Assembly: GCF_964213995.1 (NCBI RefSeq)
Contig: NC_135811.1
Coordinates: forward strand, 32,984,001 to 33,048,000
DNA length: 64,000 bases
Direction of reading: 5' to 3'
Source: Mustelus asterias
Taxonomy: Eukaryota
The notes below the pieces were generated by a model that did no database searches, was not told the origin of the DNA, and worked only from the letters and a program-made list of their open reading frames with translations. The translations under genes and the position numbers were made by a program. Below, piece by piece: positions 1 through 13,808 of this stretch. The stretch's first letter is position 1; every line of letters begins with the position of its first letter.

Positions 1-420
1 TAGAGTCATACAACATGGAATCAGGCCCTTTGGCCCAACTTGTCCATGCTGTCCAGTTTTTACCACTAAGCTACCCCAATTGCCCGCTTTTGGCCCATAC
101 CCCTCTATACCCATCTTACCCATGTAACTGTCTAAATGCTTTTTAAAAGACAAAATTGTACCCACCTATACTATTACCTCTGGCAGCTTGTTCCAGACAC
201 TCACCACCCTCTGAGTGAAAAAATTGACTTTTGCATCTCTCACCTCTCACCTTTAACCTATGTCCTCTAGTTATCAGACTCCCCTACTTTTGGGAAAAGA
301 TGTTGACTATCTACCTGATCTATGTCCCTCATTCTTTTATAGACCTCTAAGAGATCACCCCTAAGCCTCCTACACTCCAGGGAAAAAAGTCCCAGTCTAT
401 CCAGCCTCTCCTTATAAGTC
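1..420 (-). mobile_element. CR1 LINE 3' end, same subfamily as 17899-19375
   Basis: Aligns by eye with 17899-18580 minus the inserted element; tail tagagtcata. Confidence 0.88.
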
Positions 421-1479
421 AAACAGTAATGTCCTGTATCTAAGCCCTGTATCTAAGAGAATAATGTGGTTGATGAGTTGTACATGGATTTCCAAAAGGC
501 ATTCGATTAAGTGCCACAGTGAATGAATAGAATTAAAAACTAGTCCAATCAACAATTAAACGGTGGGCCCTGTGACCTTGCTGGATCTAATGTTTGAATT
601 TGGGTAGTGATTTTGACATTTTATCACAGTGTTCAGTTTCCTGGCAGTTCTTCCCCTCAGGCCAACCCATACAACAAGCTGCTGCTGTTGAAATGGAATT
701 CAGGAAGCTACCCAAGAACATCAGTCGAAGGGGGATACTGTTTCAGTAAGAGGAATCTCAAACTTTACATACTGTACAGATGGTCTCTGTGTATATTAAC
801 TGATATTAGACAAATCCCTTCAATCGCCCTATTTTTCTAGCCACTTAGCTGACTTTCTTATTTCCAAAATAAAAATGCTGCAGTTCCCAATTCCCAAATG
901 CAAATACTGCACAAAGCAGGGATTGTTTGTTTACCTTATACCCCATAAAGTAAAATCGATGCTGCCAATGTACAGTGTATCAATGCACTTCCAGTCTGGC
1001 ACTCACCAGCTAGAAATTGCTATTCACGCTGACCTTGAGGCAATTCCAACATCGCGACATATAAATAGCTTAAAACAGTGTCTGCTGCCAGATGAATGCC
1101 ACTCAGTTTGCCCAGGAATGCCAGCATAGTTTTGTTCCAGTGTTCCTCGCCAATATCATAATTCCATTATGAATCTTGGAACCTGACCAGAACAAATGCA
1201 CTGATATCAGAATCCCACATTCAAAAAATGTGGCACAGATTCCTGCAGATTTCTCCAGATTTTATAAAAGTTACACATACACACACACAAGGGGTAATTT
1301 TCCTCCTTAGTGTCCAGTTTTAAGGAGGCATGTTGGGAATATTTGCCTCAGCCATCAAGATAGGAGGATCTGCCCACTTCTTGGGCCTTAAAGGCACCAA
1401 ACTCCTTTAAAGGGACAGGTGCCGATAAAGCTTCATGGTGGAGCCAGATGGAGAATGTTTCTTTTTTATTTTGCAGATG

Positions 1480-2030
1480 ATAATATATTACATTTATATA
1501 GCACCCTAACATAGAAAATATCCCAAGGTGTTTCACAGAGTTGTAATCAGACAAGGATGGATGCCAATCCAAAAAACAAGATATCAAGAAATGAGACCAA
1601 AGGCTGTGGGGTTGAGGGAGGGCATTAAAAAGAGGGGCAGAGAGGTGGAGAAGCAGCGGGGTTTTAGGGAGGCAATTCCAGAGCATGGAGCCTTGGACCA
1701 GTTAACAGGACCAGTGGACTAGAGAGAAGAGTAATGCACAAGATAGGGGAACAGAGAATTCGGAGGGAATGGTAGGGCAGTTACAGAAAGGGCATGAAGA
1801 AACTTCAACACAAGGGAGATAATTCTGGAAGGGACTCGGGGAGCTATTATACATCAACAACGACAAGGTATTGGGCGAGTGGGGGATTTGGTGACAAACA
1901 GGAGGCGGGTGGAAGAGTTGGATGAGAAAGAGTTTGTGGAGGGTGGAGATGCCACAAGGGGAATATTGGCATCATTTCAAAAGCTTGGATGAGGTTTCGA
2001 AGCAGCAGTTTGGTTTCGGGAGGTATGCAG
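1480..2030 (-). mobile_element. Decayed L2-clade 3' fragment
   Basis: catttatatagcacc tail and LWNCLP remnant. Confidence 0.55.
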
Positions 2031-2551
2031 GCAGGTGGCTCTCAGAGGGAGTTTGTGCTTCTTTGTCCTCACCTGTTCCCATGTGAGGCTATTGTGGAGA
2101 AAAGGGGGAGGAAATGGGGGGCTTGCACAGTATTGAACATGGTTTCCGTCAATGTCAAATACTAATCGCAGTTTGAAACAAGTTCTTTTTAAAAATTGAA
2201 AATAAAGACCCCCTTGACAATATCAATTGTTCCTTTAGGCCTTGATAATTCCCGAGTGTCAGTTCAGGAATGTGTGTTACAAATTTACAGTGGAACAGGT
2301 TTCAGTGGAACAGTTAACAAGCACCCATTGTTAGTAAAGGAAATATGCATTCAAAATTCTCAGACGTTGATTTGCATTTTAATTATATCCCTGCACCTTC
2401 ATCAAGCCAAAAAAAAATGCATGGAGGAAGTTTGGATTCAGCCTAGTTCGGGGGGCGGGTGGTGCAGAATTGAAGCAAAGAATTAGCATCTATTTGCCGC
2501 TGTTTGTACTAATTTTGTAGCACTACTTGGAAGCTTTAAGGGGTACGCTAT

Positions 2552-2707
2552 GGACGGGATTTTCCCATCCTGCCCGCCACGGGAATCATAGTGGACGGAG
2601 GGGAGGCGGGGGGGGGGGGGGGGGGGGGGGGTGGATCTATGGAAAGGTCCATTGACTTTGGGTAGGATTTTCCATTCTCGGGGTGAGCGCGGCCGGAAAA
2701 TCCTGCC
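2552..2707. mobile_element. Short MITE of the GGCGGGATTTT-TIR family
   Basis: ggacgggattttcc / ggaaaatcctgcc; relatives at about 7546-7725, 10615-10751, 16567-16700 and 21116-21241. Confidence 0.65.
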
Positions 2708-3933
2708 TTATGTCTAAGATCTCAGTATTGTTAAACCTGTTTTAATTAAATATTGCACTCAACATATTTCTTAACTGGAATGGCAATGCCTTAAAAGTCA
2801 ACATAATGTGATTAGTTGGAGAAAGACTACAAAGCAGCTGACCCATGTTCTGACAACCATTCTGAATGCAAGTTTTCAGGTGGGAGATAAGCCGGAATGT
2901 TCACTTGTATCAGGACTACAGAGTCTGGAAGAATTCCCGACTCCGCAGATGGTTTAATTTTCATTCCGGAGGTGGGGAAGGGGTGTGTTATTGGGTCCCA
3001 CACCCCCAGAAAGAGCTCGGAGGCAGCCAAAGAGGCCACCAGGCGTGGAGATGAGCTGTGTGCAAGGATCTCCTTGCTGATTGGAGACTTTTGTCCCATT
3101 TGTAAATAAGAAACAACAAAACAGAGATCAATTCTGGGGGAGGTGGGACCTCTATGAGCCAGAGAGGTTTGCTCGTGCTGTTGAGTATGGTTTACATTAG
3201 GCGGGATGGGAACCTCAGGATAGGATCAGAATGGAATTAAATCAGAAATGGAAATGGAAGGCAGGAAATTAATGAGTGAGCCTGGAAGGCAGAGAAAACA
3301 AAGGATAGAAAATTTAAATAACATTTGGCAGTGCTCAGTGGTTATATACTTCAATGCAAGGAATAAATAAAGCAGATGAGCTGAGGGCACAGATAGAAAC
3401 ATGGTGGTATGATATTATAGCTATTACAGAAATATGCTTGAAGGGAGACAGGAATGGCACTTACAATTCCTGGTTACAGGGTTTTCAGGTGAGATAGTCC
3501 AGGGTTAAGAAGCAAGGGGAGGATGGCAAGTTTGATTAGCAAAGCAATTGCAACAAAGAAGGATGATATGATAGAAGGATTATCATTTGAGGCCATATGG
3601 GTTGAGTCTAGGAACTAAGAAGTGACAGTCGCACTACTGGGAGTGTACTATGGACCTCCAAAAACTCAGAGATGGAAGAGCAAATATGAAAGCAAGGCTC
3701 TGAGAAATGCAGTAATTGTAGGGGATTTTAATTTCCCCAATATTAACTGGGATAGTTTTAGCGTGAAAGGAATGGAGGGAACAGAATTCTTAAGGTGCAT
3801 TCAGGAAAACCTTTTTAGCCAGTATGTATACAAGTCCAACAAGAGAGGGCACTTCTGGACTTAGTTTTAGGTAATGGAGCTGGGCAGGTGGAAGGAGTGG
3901 AACTGGAGGAGTATTTTGGTAGTACCAAAGCAC

Positions 3934-4271
3934 CATAGAATCTCTACAGTGCAGAAGGAGGCCATTCGGTCCACCGAGTCTGCATCCACTCTGACAGAGC
4001 ATCTTACCCAGGCCCACCCACTGTCCTATCCCCATAACACTGCACATTTACCATTTCTAATCTCCCTAACCTACACATCTTTGGACACTGTGGCAAGTTA
4101 TCATTGCCAATCCAGCTAACCTGCACATCCTTGAATTGTGGAAGAAAACCGAAGCACCCAGAGGAAACCCACGCAGGCACGGGGAGAACATGCAAACACA
4201 AGGCCAGAACTGAACTCGGGTCTCTGGTGCTTAAAGGCAGCAGTGCTAACCACTATGCCACCGTGTTGCCC
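3934..4271 (-). mobile_element. HE1-like V-SINE with CR1-type tail
   Basis: tRNA head ggcatagtggttagcactgctgcc, V-core gggtttcctctgggtgc, tail gaatggcctccttctgcactgtagagattctatg. Confidence 0.85.
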
Positions 4272-4416
4272 CAGTGATCCTAATTCAGTTAGTCTTAACA
4301 TAATTATGGAAAAGGACAAAAATAAAACAGAAATTAAAGTTCGAAATTGTAGTGAGGCTAATTTTACTAAGCTGGGACGTGATTTAACAAAAGTGGATTG
4401 GAAATAGATATTTGAA

Positions 4417-4704
4417 GGTTTAAGTTTATTTATTAGCGGCACAAGTAAGCTTACATTAACATTGCAATGAAGTTACTGTGAAAATCCCCTTGTTGCCACA
4501 CTCCAACACCTGTTCGGGTACACTGAGGGAGAATTTAGTATGGCCAATGCACCTAACCAGCATGTCTTTCGGACTGAGGGAGGAAACCGGAGCACCACAC
4601 AGACACTGGGAGAATGTGCAGACTCCGCACAGGCTTCCCAAGCCGAGAATTAAATCTGGGTCCCCAGTGCTGTGAGGCAGCAGTGCTAACTACTGTGCCA
4701 CCGT
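4417..4704 (-). mobile_element. HE1-like V-SINE with alternative tail
   Basis: Same head and core; tail ...cagtaacttcattgcaatgttaatgtaagc...aataaataaactt. Confidence 0.85.
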
Positions 4705-5785
4705 AAATCAGCAGGAGGCAAAGGGGAAATTCAAGGGGCTCAAGGTAAATATATTCCCACAAAGGGAAAGATTGGGATGGCCAAATATCAAGCCCCCTGG
4801 ATGTCTAGGAGCTTACAGAGTAAGGTAAGGCAGAAAAACTTATGTTGGATACAAAGAACTCAATACCATAGAAAGCAGAGAGAAATATAGGAAGCTTAGG
4901 GGGTGAAATCAAAAAGGAAATTAGGAAAGCAAAGAGAGGGTATTAAATAAAGCAAAGCAAAATCAAGATAAAGCCAAAGATTTTTTATCAATACATGAAG
5001 GGTGAGAGGATAACCAAGGAAAGAGCAAGCCCCATATACCACCAAAAAACTAAGCTACGCTGGGGGCAGAAGATGTGGATAAAGTTCTTAATTAATACGT
5101 TGCATGTCTTCACAAAAGAGGGGGATGATGCAGGCATTCTAGTTAAGGAGGAGGAGTGTGAAGTATTGGATGTGATAAACACAGGAAGAGAGGAAGTGTT
5201 AATGGGATTAACATCCTTGAGAGTGGATAAATCACCAGTAGCCCAGGTAGTGAGACCTGGATACAGGTGTAGCGCTGGAGTATTGGAGCTTTGCTTATGT
5301 TGTATCTTTGTTTAAAAAGGCAGCAATGGGTAGGCTGAATAATTATGAGCCAGTCAATTTAATGTCTGTAATGGGCAAATTATTGGAATCAATTCCGAGA
5401 GACAAGATAAACTATCACACAGAAAGGTACAGAGTAATCAAGGACAGTCAGCACGGATTTGTGAAGGGAAGGTCTTGTCTGACTAACTTGACTGAATTTT
5501 TTGAGGAAGTAACAAGGATAACTGACGCCAGCAGTACATTTGAAGTTGTCTGCATGGGTTTTAACAAGGCTCTTGACAAGGTCTCACAGAAGACTGGTTA
5601 AAAAATTAAAAGCCCAAGGGATTGAGGAGAATGTAGCAAGTTGGATACAAAATGGGCCCAGGAAACAAAGGGTAGTGGATGATGTGTAATATTGCAACTG
5701 GAAGACTGTTTCAGTGGGGTTCCACAGATCTCAGTACTAAGTCCCCTGCTTTTTCATACAATCATAGAATCCCTCGGATTTTGGG

Positions 5786-6058
5786 TTAATTCAGTGGAAA
5801 GTAGTTCTTCTTTTGGCAATCTGAATTTACCACAAACTTAAACAGTTTTGACCTGCTAAAATGGTTGGCTTCCCAGCGTTTATGACAAGCGATTCTGTGA
5901 AGTAAAATATTCCATAACAAACCCAAATTTGTACACGTACCAACACATGTTAAACTTTCCTGTTTGACTCTAGTAATGATACTTTAATAGTCCCAATGTG
6001 TCCTGAACACCCCGTTTGGATTAATGAAGGGACTCCATTCAAAGTGGTTTCAACCTCC
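5786..6058 (+). repeat. Diverged direct copy of 23581-23859
   Basis: Colinear ~280-bp match (aattcagt..aaagtagttcttcttttgg ... ttcaaagtgg.ttcaacct.cac) with scattered substitutions and small indels. Confidence 0.9.
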
Positions 6059-6059
6059 A

Positions 6060-6360
6060 CATAGAATCCCTACAATGCAGGAGGCCATTCGGCCCACTGA
6101 GCCTGCACCGACAACAATCCCACCCAGGCCCTATCCTCATAACCCCACGTATTTACCCTACTAATCCTCCTGACACTGAGGGGCAATTTAGCATGGCCAA
6201 TCAAAGCCAATCTTTGGACTGTGGGAGGAAACAGGAGCACCCGGAGATAAACCCATGCAGACACAGGGAGAAAATGCAAACTCCGCAGTCACCTGAGGCT
6301 GGAATTGAACCCGGGTCCCTGGCGCTGTGAGGCAGCAGTGCTAACCACTGTGCTACTGTG
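6060..6360 (-). mobile_element. HE1-like V-SINE with CR1-type tail
   Basis: A/B boxes, V-core, gggattctatg tail. Confidence 0.85.
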
Positions 6361-9300
6361 GCGATTTGGACATAAATGTAAGGGGAATGATCAAGAAGTT
6401 TTCAGACACACAAAAATTGTCCATGTGGTTGATGGTGAAGAGGACAGCTGTAGACTGCAGGAAGCTATCAATGGACTAATCAGGTGAGCAGAAAGGTGGC
6501 AAGTAGAACTCCATCTGGAGAAGTGGGAGGTAAAACATTTGAGAAAGGTCAAACAACACACAATAAACAGGAGGATACTGGGAGGTGAGGGACAGGGGAG
6601 TCACAGATCCCTGAAGGTAGCAGGTCAGATTGATAAGAAGGCATATGGAATCCTTTCCTTTATTAGCTGAGGCATAGAACAGGCTGGAACTATGTAAAAC
6701 ATTAGTTAGGCCACAACTTGAGTACTGTGTGTGGTTCTAGTCACCTCATTACAGAAAGAGTATAATTGCATTTGGGAGGGTGTACAAGAGGTTTACAAGG
6801 ATGTTGCCAGGACTAGGAACTTGCAGCTATGAGGAAAGGTTGGATAGGCTGGGGATATTCTCAATGGAACAGAGGGGGGCTGAGAATAGATTTGATTGAG
6901 TTGTACAAAATTGTGAGGAGCCTGGATTGAGTGTATGGTCAGGGCCTATTTACCTGAATAGAGTAGTTAGTAACTAGGGGTCATAGATTTAAATTGATTT
7001 GTAGGAAGATTAGAGGAGAGATGAGGAAAGCCTTTTTCACCCAGAGGTCGGTAGGGATCCGGAACTCACTGCCAGAAAAGGCTATTAGAGGCAGGAACCC
7101 GCCACATTTAAAAGGTGCCTGGATGTGCACGAGAAGGGCAGTAACCTGCAGGGCTATGGGCCAAATGCTGCAAAGTGGGATCAGGCAGATGGTTTGTTTT
7201 TTTGGCTGGTGTAGCCAGAATGGGCCAAGAGGCCTCCTTCTGCACTGTAAACTTTCAATAATTCTATAAAAGAAAAATCAGCCATCCAACCATCACTTCA
7301 TCCTCATTCACTTTCCATGCCGTACTTCAATGCTCCTCACCCACCATGACAACCTATGTCCATCAACCCACCCCAAAGGCCCTTTATAGCCCCTATGCCA
7401 ACTCATGCCAACCCATGTCCCTCTTACTCACCTCCCTTTGCCCTCACACCCTCCATGCCAACTCACCCAGCATTCACCATGGGCAGACTCAACATCCAAG
7501 CTGAGATTAAATAAAATGAAGTTTTAAGTTCCCAATGAAGGCATGGGGGGGGATTTTCTGGCCACCCCATGTCATTTCCTATGGTGGGAGGAAGTGCACC
7601 GCTTGTTGGCAGAGGGATCTGATGGTCCCATTGACTGCATCCTACACTGCTGGGAAACCCACTGTGGGGGAGCACCATCGGCAGATCCAGAAAGATCCCA
7701 CTGGCGTGAACAGCTGGAGAATTCAGGTAATGGTTTTTAAATATTCTTATTCATAAAAACCCATTCACCACATTTACTTTTCTTTAGCAACATGTTATCT
7801 TTCAAAAACAAACATTTCATTCAAGTGCAAATATTTGTATTCATAGCTCCACAAAGACTTTATACCCAATCAAACTCTGAACTTACAGGCACCCCACTGT
7901 GATAATGACAGGTTGTGAAATCAGTCATGCAGCACAAATCCTATAATGATAACCCTCAGGAATTTGTCATCAGACAGAATGAAGTAGCAAGCAGTGTTTT
8001 TTTTTAACTGAAATATGTTTTGTTTTTTAAAAAAATTCAAAGAACTGGAAATTGAAATCCTTTACAACTTGACCATTCCAAATAGTTTGACAGTTCCAAT
8101 GAAGTTTAAACCTCTTGATAGTTTCAATCAGCTTATCCACTTTTTACACACAATCATGTCTAATTTTAACAATCCCAAAGGGCATCTAACCTCTCCAAAA
8201 GTGTAGCCCACCTCTCCATATAATTCTGGCAGCTTTAGACCTTCTCCTGAAAAGTATCCGGCCCCAAGTCGTGCTGTGGCCATTCCACTAGCGAAAACTG
8301 GAGCTGTTTGAAGGCAGCTACACTTCGAAATGTGCAGCTTCCTCTGTGAAGCACGGGTGTCCAACACCATCCTCGTTCCCCCAAACAAAATTGATGGACG
8401 CCGTGACCGGGGCAGAACTTCCTGAATCATGCCCCTGACACCATACTGGCTACGTGCAGGCGATCTCGGTATGTACGAAAATTCGGAGCATGGGTCCTGC
8501 CGCTATATCTGACATGTCTTAAAAAAGAGACAATTTTTCCTCAGCAAAGAGGAAGCTGAATGTGAGCAGTCGTGTGAAAATGTTTTCAGGCTCTTGTCTT
8601 TCAGACACTGTTGGAATTACGGTCTGGTCTAAGGGTGGGTGATGTGGGATGCATTCTTTTGAAGAGAAGTTGGAAAGTAGATGGTGAGTCTCTGCATTTG
8701 GCTCACAGCAACTTGAAACGATTCAAAAGGCAAAATTCCCAAGTTGGCAGACTCGCTGTCTCCCACAGATCTAAATATTGCAAAGTGCCTTTTGGCTATT
8801 TGGATTCACTTTGAGGATGACTTCAGGCAATATGTGCTTGGTGGTGGTAGAATGGCATCAACAGGTTTCATCTATTTACTTTAGTAATAAAATAGCTTAT
8901 GCAACAAACCAAACATGTGGCCATCGTGTGAATAACAAAATTCTCAAGAGAAGTATGATGATTAAACAGTCTGATTCACACAGGCCTACATAGCATACAT
9001 CTGTCAGAAACCACTGGGGTTGGACAAGGTCAAGTCATTATTCTGTTTATATATTTCCAAAATGCATCTCCAGGTCTCACAAAAAATGAGGAAAATAATC
9101 TACGCAAATCACAGTTCGTCATACCCAGGACCATCATGATGCAATTATTTTCATAAGATCCTGAATTGTTTTTAATGAAATTAAGGGGATTTATTTTCAA
9201 TCAAAAATTATTAAAGTATATTCCTTTGCCTTACACAAATCAAGTAAAACCAGAAAAGTCCATGTAAAAATATTTTAATATCAGCAGTGGCTTGGATATG

Positions 9301-9379
9301 ATTATATATCTACTTTTATAGTGGTGGTGCTGTACTCCGCCAATTTCTACCAGGACAGGAGGAGGAGGTTACGGATTTT

Positions 9380-9693
9380 CATAGAATCCGTACAGTGCAG
9401 AAAGAAGTCATTCAGCCCATCGAGCCTGCACCAACAACAATCCCACCCAGACCCTACCCTCGTGACCCCACGCATTTAACCTGTTAATCCCCTTGACACT
9501 AGGGGGCAATTTAGCATGACCAATCAATCTAATCCGCACATCTTTGAAGTGTGGGAGGAAACCGGAGCACCAGGAGGAAACCCACGCAGACACGGGGAGA
9601 ATGTGCAAACTCCAACATAGACAGTCACCCGAGGTTGGATTTGAACCCAGGTCCCTGGAGCTGTGAGGCAGCAATGCTAACCACTGTGCCACC
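9380..9693 (-). mobile_element. HE1-like V-SINE with CR1-type tail
   Basis: A/B boxes, V-core, gattctatg tail. Confidence 0.85.
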
Positions 9694-9803
9694 ATTGATC
9701 ATGGGAGTGAAGAACAGCTCTATTAATGATACTTGCATGTGTTGAGAAGGGGCAGGAATACAGGTTTAGTGACACTGTAATATTACTGTGGCTTTCCATA
9801 TTG

Positions 9804-9903
9804 GTAAGAGTTTTAACAACACTAGGTTAAAGTCTTTAACCTGGTGTTGTTAAAACTCTTACTGTGTTCACCCCAGTCCAACGCCGGCATCTCCACATCA
9901 TGA
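9804..9903 (+). mobile_element. Penelope-like mini hairpin element (no ribozyme retained)
   Basis: ~29-bp inverted arms plus family tail ccccagtccaacgccggcatctccacatcatga; TSD tttccatattg at 9793-9803 and 9904-9914. Confidence 0.8.
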
Positions 9904-9954
9904 TTTCCATATTGATACAGATATTGGGTGTAACTATGTGACAATAAAGACCCA

Positions 9955-10073
9955 GGAATTTTACCGGCACGCCCACCCCGATTTCGGGGATGGGCGAGGC
10001 TTGGAGAATGGCATTCTCTGATGGCCTCGGGCAGGATCGTACAAACCTCGGACGGACGTGCCGGTAAAATTCC
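9955..10073. mobile_element. Short MITE
   Basis: Perfect 17-bp TIR ggaattttaccggcacg / cgtgccggtaaaattcc; a related, internally deleted copy is at about 43296-43382. Confidence 0.75.
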
Positions 10074-10949
10074 ACAACCTGTATGCTAACTTTGTCAGTT
10101 GCTTTGTGGACCCATTTGAAAGAGATTGTGGAGAAAATCTGTGCTGTAGAAATCATTGCTTTAGAATCTAAAAACAACTGGTCAGAACTTAATAGCAAAA
10201 AGGAGGCTATGGTGGTTATTGGAATATGTTACTCTGGGTAACATATTCCAAGATCAAAAGGATGGCTGAGCTGAAGGAGGAAACAGTGGTTAGTCAGAGA
10301 CAATGATGGAGACTCGAGCCCATGGAATGCAAAACAGCTCAGCCCTTTTGTATTGACGACAGCCCTGAATGCATTGGACTGAATAAAACATCAAAACCCA
10401 TCAGACATGTTCTGGATTTCAGTTTGCACTGCTTTCCTTGTTCTACAACCAGTCAAATCTATTTGTACAGCGTTCAGCAATTAATAAGGACATGTGACAA
10501 GAACACAGATACATGTCACAGAATGCGATAAAAATCATTTATAGGGAACCCAATATACAGCAAACAAAAGTGACTTTCAAACAGTGCTTCACAGCAACCA
10601 CAATGTGATGCTAAGGGTTCGATTCTCCGACCTTGCCTGCAGCCGGGATTCTCCAGTCCCGCTGCAGTGAACGGAGATTTGGCTGAGCGCCAAATTCTCC
10701 ATTCCGGCTGGCAGCGGCGACGGGTCATGAACGGCCAGAGAATTCCGGCCCCTTTCCTAAAAAAAAACAATGCGCGGTGGAAAGATTTAAGTGTCCATGA
10801 AATTCTGTGGCAAATGTGATGTATATCGGGTACGCATACCAGAATGATCACTTGTGGGTCAGGACAAAGCAAAGGGAGTTCATGGGGTTAACCAGATCTG
10901 ATTAAAACAGGAACCTTGTTAATATCCCTCAGGCTGGCCAGTCCCATGA

Positions 10950-11250
10950 TTTTTTTTAAATTCACTTGTGTGGGACACAGATATCACTGGCCAGAATTTA
11001 TTGCCCATCCCTAATCGCCCTGGAGAAAGTGCTGCTAAGCTGCCTTCTTGAACCACTGCAATCCATGTGGGGTAGGTACACCCACAGTGCTGTTAGGGAA
11101 GGAGTTCCCGGATTTTGCCCCAGTGACAGTGAAGGAATGGCTGATATATTTTGAAGTCAGGTGGCGGTGTTCCCATGCATCTGCTGCCCTTGTCCTTCTA
11201 GGTCATGGGTTTAGGAGGCGCTGTCTAAGGAGCTTTGTTAAGTTCCTGCA
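10950..11250 (-). mobile_element. LINE 3' fragment sharing its tail with the SINEs at 32476 and 49406
   Basis: Shared gggatgggcaataaa..ctggccag tail; LWNSFP remnant. Confidence 0.65.
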
Positions 11251-11939
11251 GATCATTGTAATGACATCTTACTGCAACCACCCATCTGAAGTTAAGAATT
11301 ATAGTGATTGTGAGGAAGCTGGAAACCTTAAAATTTAAAATGTTGACGGTTACAAGCAGGCATTCATCTGGCAACCAGAACCCCTGAAAGCATTTGGATC
11401 AGAGATGTCCCACACTGAAGAAATTTGGCAAAAATAAGAATTTTGCATTTAAATCCTGCTCACTTTAACTACAAGCTCAATCACAAAGTGCCAAAAACAT
11501 TTGTCCTCAGGGCTCTGTAGGGTTGGAAACCAGGTTTTCCAATGCAGTCCTAATTACAACAGTTCTCATCCCTCAGAGCATTTGATGTTTTTCAAATGTA
11601 CATGGGTTAAATATCATACACTTTAGTTTTTTTAACCTTTGGAATTTTTAAACAAAGCACGGAGAAATTTAACATTCCACAAATATAAAATCAGCCAAAA
11701 GGGTTGTTCAGCTGTAACTATGATTTGGTATGCTGTTACAAGCCCAGTTACACGTCATTCAATAAGGCTTAACATTTTCATGCGGAAAAGAGGAAGTTCA
11801 CAGCAACTCCGTGATTTCTAATTGATTTCCATCTGCTAGGACTACAGCAGTGTGTCCTGTGGAGAAACAGGGAGACACTGACAGCAACTTCTGGATTGCT
11901 GTGTTTAATTGTGCATGTGTTTAATTGTGCAAGCTCGTT

Positions 11940-13157
11940 AGGCAGATCGTGCCTTACGAGCCTGGTGGAGTTCTTCGAAAATGTGACTAAACACATTGAC
12001 GAAGGGAAAGCGGTAGATGTGGTTTATATGGATCTTAGCAAGGCGTTCGATAAGGTCCCCCATGCAAGGCTTCTAGAAAAAGTGAGAGGGCATGGGATCC
12101 AAGGGCCTGCTGCCCTGTGGATCCAGAACTGGCTTGCCCAAAGGAGGCAGAGAGTGTGTATAGATGGGTCTCTTTTTAAATGGAGGTCGGTCACCAGTGG
12201 TGTGCCCCAGGGATCTGTTCTGGGACCCTTGCTGTTTGTCATTTTCATAAATGACCTGGATGTGGAAGTGGAGGGATGGGTTGGTAAGTTTGCTGACGAC
12301 ACGAAGGTTGGTGGGGTTGTGGATAGTCTGGAGGGATGTCAGAAGTTACAGAGGGACATAGATAGGATGAAAGACTGGGCGGAGAAGTGGCAGATGGACT
12401 TCAACCCAGATAAATGCATAGTGGTCCATTTTGGCAGGTCAAATGGGATGAAGGAGTACAATATAAAGGGAAAGACTCTTAGTACTGTGGAGGATCAGAA
12501 GGACCTTGGGGTCCGGGTCCATAGGACTCTAAAATCGGCCCTGCAGGTGGAGGAGGTGGTTAAGAAGGCATATGGTGTGCTGGCCTTTATTAATCGAGGG
12601 ATTGAGTTTAGGAGTCTGGGGATAATGATGCAGCTATATCAGACCCTCGTCAGACCCCACTTGGAGTACTGTGCTCAGTTCTGGTCGCCTCATTACAGGA
12701 AGGATGTGGAAAAGATTGAAAGGGTGCAGAGGAGATTTACAAGGATGTTGCCTGGGTTGAGTGGCATGCCTTATGAGGATAGGCTGAGGGAGCTCGGTCT
12801 TTTCTCCTTGGAGAGACGTAGGATGAGAGGAGACCTAATAGAGGTACATAAGATGTTGAGAGGCATAGATCGGGTGGACTCTCAGAGGCTTTTTCCCAGG
12901 GTGGAAATGGCTGCTACGAGAGGACACAGGTTTAAGGTGCTGGGGGGTAGGTACAGGGGAAATGTTAGGGGGAAGTTTTTCACACAGAGGGTGGTGGATG
13001 AGTGGAATCGGCTGCCGTCAGTGGTGGTGGAGGCAAACTCAATAGGGTCTTTTAAGAGACTCCTGGATGAGTACATGGGACTTAAGGTAGGGATATGTTC
13101 GGCACAACTTGTGGGGCCGAAGGGCCTGTTTTGTGCTGTAGTTTTCTATGTTTCTAT
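11940..13157 (+). mobile_element. 5'-truncated CR1 LINE (RT C-terminal half)
   Basis: ORF 11896..13212 from GRSCLTSL through FADD and RFTRMLPGL; ttctatg tail; same subfamily as 55820-57554. Confidence 0.93.
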
Positions 13158-13339
13158 GTATGGATGTCAGAAGTTGCTCACACTTTCACAGTGTAATTAC
13201 AGTGAATGCTGACAGATTCACCAGCATTGTGACAGCAAATTCAGGCAAATGAATCTGCATTCTTCCGAGACAGCTAGCTTTAGATCAAATAGATTATTCT
13301 CCTCGAGTCCTGGCCAATTCCACACAAACGCCTTATGGC

Positions 13340-13808
13340 ATGTTATGTTGAATTCTGGTCACCATACTTTTAGGAAGGATGTGATTGGCTGCGAGAGGAT
13401 GCAGAGGGATTTTAGCTTCAAGGTTAGGTTGGGACATGGGACAGAGGCAATTGAGGGGAGGTTTGATAGAGGTGTACAAGTTTAGATAATGTGGACACAG
13501 AAAAGTTGTTCCTACTAGCTGATGGTAAAACAACTAAGGGATATAGATTTAAGCTTTTGGACAAGAGATGCAATGTGAATGAGAGGAAAAATCTTTTTTT
13601 TTTTAAACACAGCGATTGGTAATGGGATGGAACTCGCTGTCTACAAGGTGGTGGTGATGGAGACAATCAATGATTTCAGAAGGAAATTGAAGAGGATGCA
13701 GGGATAAAGTGGGGGATGGGACTGACTGGATTGCTTTGCAGAGAGCCAGCATGTTTTCAATGGGCTGAGCATCCTCTATCCAAGCCATATTGACACCATA
13801 ACTCTATG
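13340..13808 (+). mobile_element. Decayed CR1 3' fragment
   Basis: ttctggtcaccatactttaggaaggatgtg (FWSPYFRKDV) and a CR1-like 3' end. Confidence 0.7.

Larger units (their letters stand above)
3130..7268 (+). mobile_element. Old decayed near-full-length CR1 (ORF1 end through 3' UTR), interrupted by three SINEs
   Basis: Remnants WGRWDLYE (ORF1), IVGDFNFPNINW, SQHGFVKGRSCLTNL and FFTQR; many stops and frameshifts. Confidence 0.85.

Noticed and set aside
607-3109. Numerous 60-110 aa ORFs here and throughout the introns
   Set aside because: Expected by chance or translations of SINE/LINE strands; no domain or splice support.
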